From positions 3,348,001 through 3,412,000 of the forward strand of contig CM120646.1 of assembly GCA_051362555.1 (NCBI GenBank): 64,000 nt of DNA, read 5' to 3'. The translations under genes and the position numbers were made by a program. The notes below the pieces were generated by a model. The model saw nothing but the letters and a program-made list of their open reading frames with translations, was not told the origin of the DNA and did not search any database. How positions within the stretch are numbered: position 1 is the stretch's first letter; each line of letters starts with the position of its first letter. The stretch is from Lingula anatina (Eukaryota; Animalia; Brachiopoda). Positions 27,002 through 39,792 of this stretch are shown here, piece after piece.

Positions 27002-27734
27002 GGGCCCTCGCTCAGATGAATTCTATACAAAAGGGTTTACAAACAACTTTGCGATCACGGTTATTAGCATTGATCTGTGTTTTCTGTATATATATATTTG
27101 TCCAGTGATCTATTTATTCATTCATCAAGTTGTTTTTCTTTATATTTTCATCTATCAATGTAATTTATAATACATATATATAGAGAGAAGAGTCAAATTC
27201 TCTTTTTTTTTGCTACCGACCTTGTACCGGCTGTGAAACACCAGCAGTCAGCGCTCTCCGCAGCTTATCCAGCGCTTCTGGGTCATCTTCTGGTAGGACT
27301 GCGTCAGCTTTAAAGTAAAGACATCTTATAACTCTATATTTCTTCATCTTGTCTCTAGTATATTTTTGGGTAACGCCGAGGGCACATACGGGTATGAAAT
27401 GGACACTTCCCAACCGATCTAGAAAGGCACTGTCAGTAATATATTTGCTCCAGCAGTCTTGGATGAAAGCCGGGCACATGACTGGTACAATAAACTTTGA
27501 CTTTTCTAAAACATCAAAAAGTGCGTCAAAAACACTCTGTCCAGGGTTCACGTCTCTGCAGTCAAAAAATACGTTCAAGTTACATTTTGTTTCCAAATAT
27601 TCTACGAGCGCACACGCAAAGTCTTCACTTCTCCCTATAGCTTCCTCGTCTGCGTTTCCTGTCGCCATTGTACGATCATAGCCCAACAAGTAAACGTCAT
27701 ACATGTAAGGCTCTACTCTGAAACTGGCCGTCAT
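25161..27734 (-). CDS. Gene C: TIR-domain paralog lacking exon 2; exons 27221-27734, 26055-26115, 25161-25742 (joined frame shifts; possible truncated isoform or pseudogene)
   Basis: No exon-2 homologue between 26116 and 27220. Phase-1 donor joined to phase-2 exon 3 shifts the frame, giving a TAG near 25665. Each remaining exon is individually open. Confidence 0.7.
27221..27734 (-). CDS. Gene C exon 1, TIR domain (subtype 2, closest to B)
   Basis: ORF 27213..27734: YDVYLL, VFFDCRDVNPG, SKFIVPVMCPAF. Confidence 0.88.
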
Positions 27735-27877
27735 ATTTCAGATAGGCCTACTGGTTTGGGAGTTCAATCTTCTTGTGTAAGGTGTCCTAACACCGCATGT
27801 AGGCCTATAAATATTTTGGCTAGAATTGTCAAGCGAATCTAACAAGGAAGTGCCGTCGCTTTCGAATACAGTTAGGG

Positions 27878-28180
27878 CACGTTCGGCTGTCACCTTGATT
27901 GGTTAGTAAACGATTGTCGTAAAATCGCTAAATGATAATAAAACCGGGTGCATAAACTTGAAAACCACCTAGGACAACCTTGGACTGCCACATTAATCCA
28001 ATAGGCCCCTACAATGCAAAAGTAAACTATAACAAGTGGTTAAAGCCTTCAAACCGAATGTCGTAAAGTCCCCATATACCTCCATAGAGACATAAAATAG
28101 ATTACTTTAATATCATTTAATATCATTTAGCGATTTTACGACAATCGTTTACTATCCAATCAAGGTGACAGCCGAGCGTG
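27878..28180. mobile_element. hAT-type MITE in the upstream region of gene C
   Basis: ~58-bp TIRs, 8-bp TSD AGTTAGGG. Confidence 0.9.
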
Positions 28181-30829
28181 AGTTAGGGTTGTAGGGCCTA
28201 CTAGTGAACAACGCTACAGGGGATATGGTCTCTACATCTTGTTGTGTTTCCAACCAACACCGCCATTTTGTCGTATATATGCACACGAGCAATATGCTTA
28301 TATGACCTTATAATCAATCGATTGCCTTTGTCAGTCTTTAAAAATATAATGCACAAAAAGCCCATATGTAAACGGGTACTTGCGGGTCAGTACGGTCTTT
28401 TGCGACATTCAAAAATTTCAGTCCATTCAAGTTTTAATGCATACAAATAAGTTAGAAAAATCTCCTTTATCTGAGAAACAGATGCTAACAGTCTAAAACA
28501 AGTGCGGCACTTGCGCTGAGGTGATTAAAATTGGCCCTTTCAATTTCCGCTAGAACTCCTAACACAGTCTGCGTGGCGTTCAGATTCATGGTGAACTAAG
28601 TAAATGCAGGTCTATTTAACACTTGACTGTTTCGCCTTTATATCCTTTTTGCGCGTGTTACTATTGAATTTTTTAAACGCGAGAACTTCTTATGTTTGAG
28701 AATTCTGAAATATAATTAACGTCGCTAAGCTGGTTTAATATTAAAGACTGCCTTAACCGAACAGACTTAACGTGCTCGATAGACAAAACCAACACATTTA
28801 CCATCCCGTGTCCTATATATAACAGTGAACTGTCCTTATTAACAGTGTACTAGGTTTACATAATATCTGCCAGGGTGAGTGAGGTGATTTCTTCCAGTTT
28901 TCTCACCTTTGCCACAGATTACAAAAATTCTCTTTGCCAAAGATTGTAAATTCTTACAGACTATCAACATCCACAGTAGGACTCGACTATAACTATTGCT
29001 ACATTTCTTCCACTCGTGGACCACGCCATATACATTTTTCACCCACTTTGGTAGGCCTATAATATTTTGAGGCCATTTAGAATTACAAACTACTTTGTGG
29101 GTAGGCCTACTGATATATCAGCATTGATTTTGGTCGTTGATTACACATTCATACCCAAGGTCTAGAGTATTGTCAGTTCGATCTTGATTCCATATATAAC
29201 CTACAAAGCTACGACATCAAAAGGTGTATTGTGATCAAGTTAGCTTTATAGTGCCCTGACACTCACTCATTCATTGCCTCAAATCAAAACTATAATATAT
29301 ACTGGGTATTTGTCGATAAAAAACTACATAAACTTGGTTTTAGTATGATATTTGCTATGCCATAAATACCCAGTAAGCATTAAACAGAATATCCTCACAT
29401 AAAAATAACGCTGACTTTTTGGTTTAAATAAAAACTTAAAGTAGGCCTACAGGTCACAGGAGGGTAGCAGGGGGGGGGGGGGAGGGGGGGGGGTCGAAAG
29501 AACCGCCCTTTTTTGCTGGGGTCCACTCTGAATAAAATTTAATCTAGGTACATGAAGGTTTTACGGTTAAAGGTAAACTTTTTCAGAAAACGAACCCCCA
29601 TTTAAAATAGTTGGCTACGGGTCTGGGTCATGCATTTCTCGACCTCATACATGTACAATTAATACGGTACGTTCTATTCACATTTGCCAATTCTTTACCT
29701 TTCACTAAAGCTGTCCTAACCTGTAGCTATTTCTTGAAAACCAGGTTGTTGGTGCTTGATTACTTCCACCTCCAACTTGGCGCAGGCCCAGTACATAATA
29801 CATGTATCTGGACTGAATCAGGAATTCACAAAATACACCGAGTTTCACTGATTTCCAGCCAAAGGCTATTAATTCTCTTAGCAGGAAGTGTCCTGAGTGT
29901 CTCGGTCCAGTTATAGACATTTTTTTTATTTGCGTTCTGTGCACAATCCCAGCGTATTCCTGTATTTATAAAAGTAATCACAAGACCATTTTAAAATTAC
30001 TTTTTAAAGACATAAAGACATACAAGGATAAACAAGCATTACGGTGCAGAAGACAATATTTGTTGAGGTCACGTGATTGCCCAGATTTGGGTTTACCTGT
30101 TTATATTTACCTGACATTTACATCCAGAAAACGTGTTAGTGCGTTTTTTTTATTTGCCCCCCTTATTGAGTCTCTCATGTCACGTAGGCCCTACTATTTG
30201 GCAAAAAACACTATCAATGCATTAATCTGGTTTATGAACACCGTATAAAACCTATCACAGACAGTTGCTTTACAAGTGCTAGGAGTGGGGGGGGGGGGGG
30301 GGGGGGAGGGATTGGGGGGGGGGTTGCATCAGGATTTAAAAGAGGGGCAGGTATTCTCTTTGAACCCCCCCCCCCGCCCCATGGACCCATTATAGATTAC
30401 AACACTCGCTGTCAAACTGAAGATCTTATTTTATCATCAACAACATTATGATACATTTTTAATCTCTTTGGACCCCCCTCCTCTCTCTATCTTTAAGACA
30501 GAAGACTATACTTATTTGTCCACAAAGTTCACTAATATTTTTTCCATCTCTTTCTTAAGGCGCAGCAATTTTAGCCCTATACAGGTATCTCGGGGCAAAT
30601 TATTTTGTAGAAAATCACAAAAACCACTGCATTGTCGAGTAAATCCTAGTGGTCTATCATGACACGTATTAAAAAAAATACAATTAAAGAGAACAACCGC
30701 GTACATCTTATCGCAAACTTTATTTCTTATCGCAAACTTTTGTAGCTAGACCATGAAAAGGAGTCTGCGTTTACATTTAAATCTAAGCGCCCGTTGGGGG
30801 CATTCTAACTTAATAAATAAGTAAATATG

Positions 30830-33770
30830 CACCTAAAACACTTGCTATTCTGAAAGTAATCTACTTCTAGTTCTTCAATAAAATGCATTTATTTGAAAGA
30901 GAACAAAATTTCTTAAGTCATATAAAACCGACAAATATGCTGATTACACCAAATCAACTAAGTGATTACTAAAAATTCGTTCTGAATAAAAGTAGTAAAC
31001 GAAGCTCAAAATTCATACATTGATAATTACATGAGCATCAGCTTGACTTGCCTAAAACGTATTACAAACAATCAGGTTATTGAAAGGAAGTGCAAAACTT
31101 CTAGGCTAACAATATCCGTAAAAATGCGCATCAACACAAGCAGCACAGGAACTTTTTTATCTGTATAAAGCTTAACGCGCCAAACTTTATGGTGGGTAAA
31201 TATGTGACCAAGGTGGATCAAACCATGAAACAAGAGTGGTCAGGCAGTCGAAGCAGAGAGACGAGACCCGGCATACAAATTTGGCAGCAAGTTCTTTATT
31301 TTGACACTGTAATCTAAAAGATTTCTTTAAGTAAGTATATAAAAAGCTTTAATTTGACACTGGATTTTGACATGTCCAAAACAAGCTATGAGCAGCTTAA
31401 AAAACTTACATAAGTGTTTTCTTTGAAGCACGGATACTTCGTTAATGTCGTTTCAATATCAAGTCCCATATCATCCTCACTCAGGAGTGCCACTTGGTGT
31501 GGTCGTGTGCTCCTCAGCAACGCCTTTACATGCTACGAATTTTTCCTAGTCCAAGCAGTCTGCAGTTCCTGCACTTGACACTCTACATCCTCAGGATTTT
31601 CTACATGTTGCTCAACTACTGGTTAGTTCATGTATGTCTTCATCTTTTTCAATGCTGATGTGGTAGATAGTATTTGCTGAAATGAGTGTAATATTGACTA
31701 ATAAATCAACAACCGAACCATCTCTTTTTAACAATAGCTTTTCGTTACAATAAGTCATTTAGTATCTTAATCTTTTGAGCACCACGATTGTTGTCCAATT
31801 TTCATAAAAAAAAGTTTCACAGTTGGGCACCTCGAGAGACTGTGGTACAAAGAGACTTTTCAGTTATTATGAAGACATTGAAGATTTACATTCAATGAAA
31901 CTTGCATTCCTGAAGGCCCACCTCCAAAACATTATCAGTTTATTTTGTTCAAAGCGGATAAAAAAACTTACCCATGGTTTTGGTCCTTTCAATGCAACCA
32001 GAGGATAGCGTTGGTACATTTTCTCCTCAATCGCAAGATAGTGAGCCTGGTCCCCAATTGTTGACAATATGTTGTAGCAAAAGGAGGCCACTTCTGTGAT
32101 CATAAAGACTACACCCTTGCAGGGGTCCCATTGACACCGAGGTGGACTTGACCAAATCACTGAATGGAGAAAGTGGTGACATTAGAATTTCTTCAGAGAT
32201 TTTATCTGAAGCTAATTAAATTTACGAATAAAAAAGTAACTGCATGAAACATTAGTACTGTAGTGGAAAATGACTGAAATAAAATGACTGATATATGTCC
32301 AAAGAGATGCATGAACTTTTAATGAAATGTACAGAATTTACCAACAGGAAAACAATGCTTTTGACATTTTTAATAGAAATCAAAATTTTATTCGTCGTTA
32401 CTTTTAAAAATAATTTCCAGCCAAAATGTAGTATGGCATTCTTGTGTGCAAAAAAGCAGACTTTCGAGAAATGAAGGAAGTTTTACTGTATTATGTAAGC
32501 ATGTATACCTTTATCCACATTCAGCAAAATAGTCTCATCAGTCTTGAAAGGCTCATGGGATGTAGGGCCAGGCTGAAGGATTACAACAAGTCACATCCTG
32601 CTCCAGGACTATGCTTATGCCTTGAGACCTGATGAAGCATTTCATGATGTTTCCTCTTAACAAGCACTTTATAACACTGCCAATTTTTTTGTGGTGTAGG
32701 CACATGCACCAATACAACAAACCACTGCAAATTTTTAGTCATGTTGATGGTTGCGAATAAAATGTTTGCTAAAAAGTTGATAACTGTGATTGGCAATTGC
32801 ACTTAGACCACGGTGGACGTGAAGAACAAAAAACTCAGACGTGGTGTAACTCGCATAACCGCACGTCTCGCATGAATGCGTTATAACCCGTTCATGGACC
32901 GTGGTCTAAATAAGATAGAGCCCTCGTCAGCGGGGGTTATGTGACATCCCCATTTCCCACATAACCCTCGCTGACTCGGGATCTATCTATTACATAGATT
33001 GCACTTGAAATTACCTGACATGGTGAAAAGGTGTGGAATATGGAGTGCTACACTACTGTAAACCCTAACACTACAAATCCCTGTAATGTCCAGAACAAAA
33101 TCCACTTCGTTCAGAAAGTTTTACAAAAAGATGAATTACTTTCAGTTTGACTAAACCGCACGCCGTTGCAGCAGACAAGAATCGGAGGTAAAACTGCTCA
33201 TGTAAGAATAGTGCACATGCTTCACCTTGCGGTGAAACCATGTACTAATGTTCGTGTTCTAGAATGTGTCGGAGATCAGAACGTTGTGTTCTGATTTCGA
33301 ACACTGACTTGGTGTGTTAAACTTTATCAAGAAGAAACAATTTTCAAACGGGTTAACATAACACCAGATATTTTTGAATCACTTTTATTTTTAATAATTT
33401 CCATTGAACAGGGCTATTTTCGGTACATTTCAATAAACATTGATTCAATTATGCCAGAATACCGTATGACGCAGTAAATCGCCGTAGTTGCTAACTACGA
33501 GGGGACGGCACTCAATTCCAAAACATTGAATGTCCAAAAACATTTCAGCACACTATAAAAAAAAATTTCCTACATGGAGCCTATAACGCAATTATACCAC
33601 TGTGGATATGAACATCACACATGTTCTCAAAATAAACACTAAAAAAGCCAAGTATTCTGATGAGAACAGAAATGTATTCTGGCGAGAACACAAGGTTTTC
33701 CTTATTAGAACACAGCGACGGATAATAGAATATATGCTACGCGTCGTTGCGTTCATTTACTTTAGAGTGT
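30830..33770. mobile_element. Degenerate ~3-kb insertion (possible CACTA-like DNA transposon) carrying two small hairpin MITEs (~32803-32910, ~32911-32992)
   Basis: Absent from the paralogous spacer at ~41040-41190; CAC…GTG-like ends, AGAAC sub-terminal motifs; class uncertain. Confidence 0.4.
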
Positions 33771-33788
33771 ACTCCGGTTAAATATTGC

Positions 33789-33819
<31 letters not shown>

Positions 33820-34229
33820 GTTACAATCTGCATTCCATTGTGGCTTCAACAACGTCTAATATCATCACATAAGTTACATATCACAACTTCGTATTTTTTT
33901 AAAATATTTTCTGAGGCCTTCATTAACAGATTATCAATGAACTGCCATCTCTTACTTCATCCTGGTGAAATTTTTGGATGGGCATCAAAGCTCTCTTTTG
34001 CCAAACCTTTTTTATGTATAAACTTATCACAACACAATAGATTTGATGGGTATCGGTCTACACTTAAATTATTGGAATGTACAAGAGTATTAACCAGTCT
34101 TACATTGTACCATTAGTCAGTCTGTGCATTAGCCGGTCTTTACATAAGCCAGTCTTAGCATTAGCCAGTCTTAGAATTAGTCAGTCTTTGCATTAGTCAG
34201 TCTTTGCAGTCTTGCCATTTGATTTGGCC

Positions 34230-35459
34230 AGTCCCCAGTCAGATTTTCATAATGAAAATGTGACTCCCCCTATGAAATTTTGACTCCCCCCAAAAAAACA
34301 TTCATAAATCTTATTTTATTTTGAGTATATGACTGTGATCTTGTAGTATGTAAAATGGAGGATACATTGGCACTTTTTTTTTGTAGTTTGCGGGTGAAAA
34401 TTTCCATAAAAAAATAAGAAAATTAAAAATGTGCACATAATGAAAATCTGACTCCCCCATGAAAATTTGACTCCTCCTAATTGCAATTAACCAAGTACCA
34501 CAGGTAAGGCATGGAGCACTGAAATGCCTGTGGTCATTGCTTGATTGCAATCAACTTGAGATCACAAGGCTACCACCAAACATGTCACAGTCCTGGCAGC
34601 TACCTAATTGCAATAAACCAAGTGCCACAGGTAGGACCTAGAGCACTGAAATTTTCTAATGCTAAAAATGAAATATGTAGCAAATGTAAATCCAGGTAGT
34701 AAGATGAATACCTTTTGAAAACATTTTCAATTTTGACAAAAGTTTTCACCACCAAATTTTCAAATGTGATAGGGCTGTGACATGCTTGGTGGTAGCTTAT
34801 TCATATGCCGTAGCTTAAAAGAAAAAATATTCAAATATTAAATATGAAACAATTGATTTGTAAGTTGGGTCGTCAAAGTCCTATGGGCGCAAGAATGCAT
34901 GCATGTACTTATTATCCTTTTTGCTTAATTAATCCCCATTTTTCATTAGGCTTTGGGGAAAATAATGGGAAAAACAACAGACAGTGTTTAGTTGGGTATG
35001 CTATATAAGAAGAATTAAATAAAAATGCGATGGGGCCAATTTCTTGAGTTAAAAATGTAGCGTTTTGACATGGGAGTGTAAAACCTACAGGAAGTAAGAT
35101 GGATACTTGTTTTAAAAATATTCACCAAAATTTTCACCATCAAACTTTCAAATAATAACAAAATATACATCTCTATGCAAACTATGTGGAAAACAATGGT
35201 ATGTTGACAGAATATAAAATAGGTCCTTTTCTTCATGGGAGTCCAAATCTCATGGGTATAAAAATGAAGATTTTCATTTCTTTTTCATTCTTTCACACAC
35301 TATTTTATCATCAAATTTTTAAATATTTCCAATATATTTTTCATAAAGTATCCTAAAAGGAAAGGTGTTGAAATGATCATCAAATATTAAATAGATAGCT
35401 TTTTCATTGGGGAGTCATTGGGTGATAAAATGCACATTTTTAATTTTCTTATTTTTCAT

Positions 35460-35494
<35 letters not shown>

Positions 35495-36207
35495 TTTTCA
35501 CCCAATATTTTACCATCAAAATTTAAATATTTCCAATATAATCTTCATATAGTAAAAGTTAAGGAAAAGTGTTGAAATGATCATCAAATATTAAATAGAT
35601 AGCTGGCGGTTAAGTGCATTTTTAGTGCATTTCTAAATTTTTTTTTTTTTCATGAAAATTTTCACCTGCAAACTACAAAAAAGTGCCAATGTATCCTCCA
35701 TTTTACATACTACAAGATCACAGTCATATACTCAAAATAAAATAAGATTTATTAAGTTTTGTGGAGGGGGAGTCAAATTTTCATGGGGGAACCAGATTTT
35801 CATTATGTGCACATTTTAAATTTTCTTATTTTTCATGAAAATGTTCACCTGCAAACTACAAAAAAGTGCCAATGTATCCTCCATTGCGCATACTACAAGA
35901 TCATAGTCATTTACTCAAATAAAATGAGATTAATGAATGTTTTTTTGGGAGAGTCAAAATTTCATGGGGGAGTCAGATTTTCATTATGTGCACATTTTTA
36001 ATTTTCTTATTTTTCATGAAAATTTTCACCTGCAAACTACAAAAAAAGTGCCAATGTATCCTCCATTATGCATACTACAAGATCATAGTTATTTACTCAA
36101 ATAAAATGAGATTAATGAATGTTTTTTGGGGGAGTCAAAATTTCATAGAGGGAGTCAGATTTTCATTATGAAAATCTGACTGGGGGAGTCAGATTTTCAT
36201 GTTACAT
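34230..36207. mobile_element. Foldback-like non-autonomous element inserted into the last codons of gene D
   Basis: Interrupts the conserved GATTTGGCC|GGGAACAGCTG sequence. Left arm 34233-34490 is the inverted copy of three tandem ~178-bp units at ~35650-36190. Confidence 0.82.
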
Positions 36208-36557
36208 CGGGAACAGCTGTGGTGTCGAGTTCTCAGTATACAGTATACAGGTCCAGAATACTGGGGCAACATCTCTAAGAAAAGATGACAGTGAACCCAT
36301 CCAACTTCGCACAGAATTCTCGCCGCTTGCATCCTCCACAGCGTCCTGCCCCTGTCCCCCTTCGGACGTCTCTTCGCCCGTGGCTACGCAATCACTGTCT
36401 TCACGGTTTGGGCCCTGAAAAACTTCCGACTGTGTTTGAGGCACAGGTGATAAGGGGCTGTACCAGGCGGTAGGGGGTGACGAAGAAGGAGCATTCGCAA
36501 ATCCGGAGTCAAGGCCGGTGCCAACAAGCGCTAATGGTGGTGGTGGCGCTAGTGTTG

Positions 36558-36589
<32 letters not shown>

Positions 36590-36608
36590 GGTGGTGGTGG
36601 CGCTAGTG

Positions 36609-36640
<32 letters not shown>

Positions 36641-39017
36641 GGCGCTAGTAGTGGTGGGGAGTCCTGACTCGGGAGGGCATTATGACTGAGAGAACTAGGA
36701 CCCAGTTGAAGTTCTCCTTCCACAGTTTCGTCGCTTAAGTGTGGTCCATCTGGGCCTTCGTCTCCAGTCTGCCATGTTCCATCCTGTGTCTTCATCCCCT
36801 TGTTTTGAAAGGAATAATAAATTATTCAATATGTTTTGTCATATTACAAATAGCATGCTTTTTTATAATGGAGAAGCTGAAATGACAGCATCTGTTATTC
36901 AATTGTATTTGGGTGATATAATTATTTGGACTCATATCAGAAAAAGAGCAAATCAAATACGAAAAACAAATCAATGTGAGAACATGCAATTTAATCAAAG
37001 CTTTTAAAAATCTCAGTCCACAAATTTGTTGTGCAACTTTCGATTGCGATATATAGGCCTATTTTGTCATTGCAGATATTCAGTAGAATATCACGTAATT
37101 AAACCTGAATTAACTATTGTTCATAAAGCTACATCTTTATACCTCTTGTTGGCATTCCACGCGGCCAGACTGTCCCTGGAGAAGAGGGGGAGGTTGGTTA
37201 CCCCTGAAAAAATGAAAAATAAAAAATAAAATAAAAATAACTGAAACTTGACACGAAAAAAAAAGGTTTTAAAAATTCCTTCGTAGTTATCTCATTTTCT
37301 CTCTCTTATTAAGAAAATGTGGGAGGGGGATAGACTTAACTGGGTTTATATCACTAAAAATTCGAATACTGAAATAGTTATTTCCTAGTGTACATTACGT
37401 AACAAAACCCTGTTATAAAAATGGCTACTTGGCGTTTTAAACGCTTAATATGCGAAATCTGTTATTACTGACACTCCTATTCAGAACATCAAAGGGGAAA
37501 TTTCACCCTCTCTATGTGCGATTTGTGGTATTTTTCATTAGTTTTTAGTAAGTTAAGATCTCAGTTCACTACACAACCCATTTTGTTAGAAAAGGCATTT
37601 CGTTAAAAGAAATAAAAAATTAATAAAAATTTGAAAATTGACAAAATGAAACGGGAGGGAAGGTTTAACTCCCTACATCCCTCTGTATATGCCCTTATCT
37701 GTAAGACTCTAATTATCAAATTATTATGTATACTTATGATCCAATTTACACCTCACTCAGCTCTCAATCAAAGAAACTACCCTGTCCATAGGAGAGGAGT
37801 TCAGTGCATAATGGTTAATGCATTAACTTACGTGACGTCATCTCGTGAATAAATGACTTCATATGGCGGAGCTGACTCTACCTGTGGTTGACTTATTTCT
37901 TCATTGCTTTCATCGCCTTGTCCTTCGTTATTCCTAGCATCTGTAAATACATTAACAATAAGAGGCCAAAATCAGTTAAAATTCTGAATTTTATTACAAA
38001 AAGAAAGAAAGAAAGAAAGAAAGAAAAGAAAAGAATGAAAGAAAACAAGACAGTTTTGCTGACTGTTTTCTTAGCAACATACCAACAGCTGACAAAACTC
38101 AGTCCAAGAGTCATTTGAAATCTCCTGTATTGACAATAAGGGCTGAAAAAAAACCTCGCAATCATGGCTATAAGCATATGGATAAAATAACTATTTTGTA
38201 TTTTTATACTATTTTTTAATTAAGGGATAAAAACTCTGCATGTGTAATTCAATTTCCACAACAAATACATTGTTAACAACACATGGAAATATAATAAATT
38301 CAATTTTACCACCAAAACGGTGGCTATTGCAATAACATTAAATTCTGTGCTTGCCATCGGACCATGTTACCTCCATAGAATTTCTGTAATAATCTCTTAA
38401 GAGATAAATATTTCTTAAGAGATTACTACAAAAAAACACACTAAAAATGCAATCAACTAACTTTGAAAGTTGAAAGATGGGAACGTCGTCGGTCACTTTT
38501 CCCGACAAAATGAAACATGGTCATTAAAATAGAATATGCTGATTTACATTTGTTTAAACATTTCATTTTGTAGTTGCAAGATATCGACACCAGAGGGCTA
38601 TTTTTTATAACATAATAATATTATAATACAAACGGGGTAGACCCGATGTTGGTTACTTTGTTAACGTTCTAACAGACAAATTGACTCAACCTATGACTCA
38701 TTTGAAATCCCCTGTATATTGACAATAAAAAAGTCCCTTGCTTGTACAAGGTCATGTGCAATAGTTCCTACAAACAATGCACATGTGTGAGGAAGAAAAA
38801 ATCAGATTTTCAAACCTGCAAGTCAAGGACAAATGTGACTAAGGCAAACCCAACCCTACCAATCTTATTAATCTTATTCTCATTTAGCGATTTTTTTAAA
38901 AAGTACATTAACATACTAGTTATATATTTACAATATATAGTTATATTATTATTGTTAAAACAATTTATATTATTGTAAAATCCCACCATTGTTTATAAAA
39001 TAAATATTATTATTTTC

Positions 39018-39048
<31 letters not shown>

Positions 39049-39792
39049 CAGTAGTAGTAGCAGCAGTAGTAGTAGTAGTAGTAGTAGGAGGAGGAGGAGG
39101 AGGAGGAGGAGTGATATTATAGCCCCTTCTCGCTAAGATTTTCGCGATCTCGACTATAAGCAGTGATCTGAGTAATAGGTCAATTTTATATTTAAACTTT
39201 TTTTTATTTTTTCAGTATCTATCGATTTAGCTATTGATTTATTTTCCATACTTATAAGAGAGAGAGAGAATAATAACAGTCCAACTACCAGTACAGTGTG
39301 ACACCGACCTTGCTCCGGCTGTGAAATACCCGCAGTCAGCGCTCTCCGCAGCTTATCCAGTGCTTCTAGGTTGTCTTTAGGAAGTTTAGCATCTCCAAAG
39401 TGAAGACTTGAAGTAACGTTATATTTTTTAATCTCCTGAATGTTGTTAATATCTTGTTTTCTTACATCAAGTACACAGAGAGGTATAAACCTATCAGTTT
39501 TCAGACGATCTAGAAAGGCACTTTCAGCAGTATAATCGTTCCAGCGGTTTTCGATGAAAGCCCGGCACATCACTGCAACAATAAACTTTGACTTTTCGAA
39601 AGCCTTAAGAACATCGAAAACACTTTGGCCGGGCAAAACGTCTTCGAAGTCAAGGAACACATATAGGTTACATTCAGTTTTCAAATAGGCCTAGTCAGCA
39701 AGCGCATACGCAAAATTTCTACTTGTACTTCTACCATCATGGCCCAACAGGCAAACGTCATACACGTATGGCTGTCTGGAACTTGCTGTCAT
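36202..39792 (-). pseudogene. Gene D: TIR-domain paralog (subtype 1) with premature stop; exons 39309-39792, 37832-37940, 37143-37203, 36202-36798
   Basis: ATG at 39792 (MTASSRQPYVYDVCLLGHDGRSTSRNFAYALAD*AYLKTEC). TAG at codon 34 (39691-39693) is created by a 6-bp GGCCTA insertion. The last codons are displaced by a ~2-kb TE. Frame otherwise intact. Confidence 0.8.
36535..36657 (-). repeat. Coding (CCA)n/(ACA)n microsatellite giving poly-Pro/poly-Thr; homologous tracts at 57-110 and 25526-25600
   Basis: GGT/GTT triplet runs inside exon 4. Confidence 0.9.

Noticed and set aside
31867-32160. 97-aa minus-strand ORF as a host gene
   Set aside because: Inside a paralog-absent insertion with no recognisable domain; probably decayed TE coding sequence.
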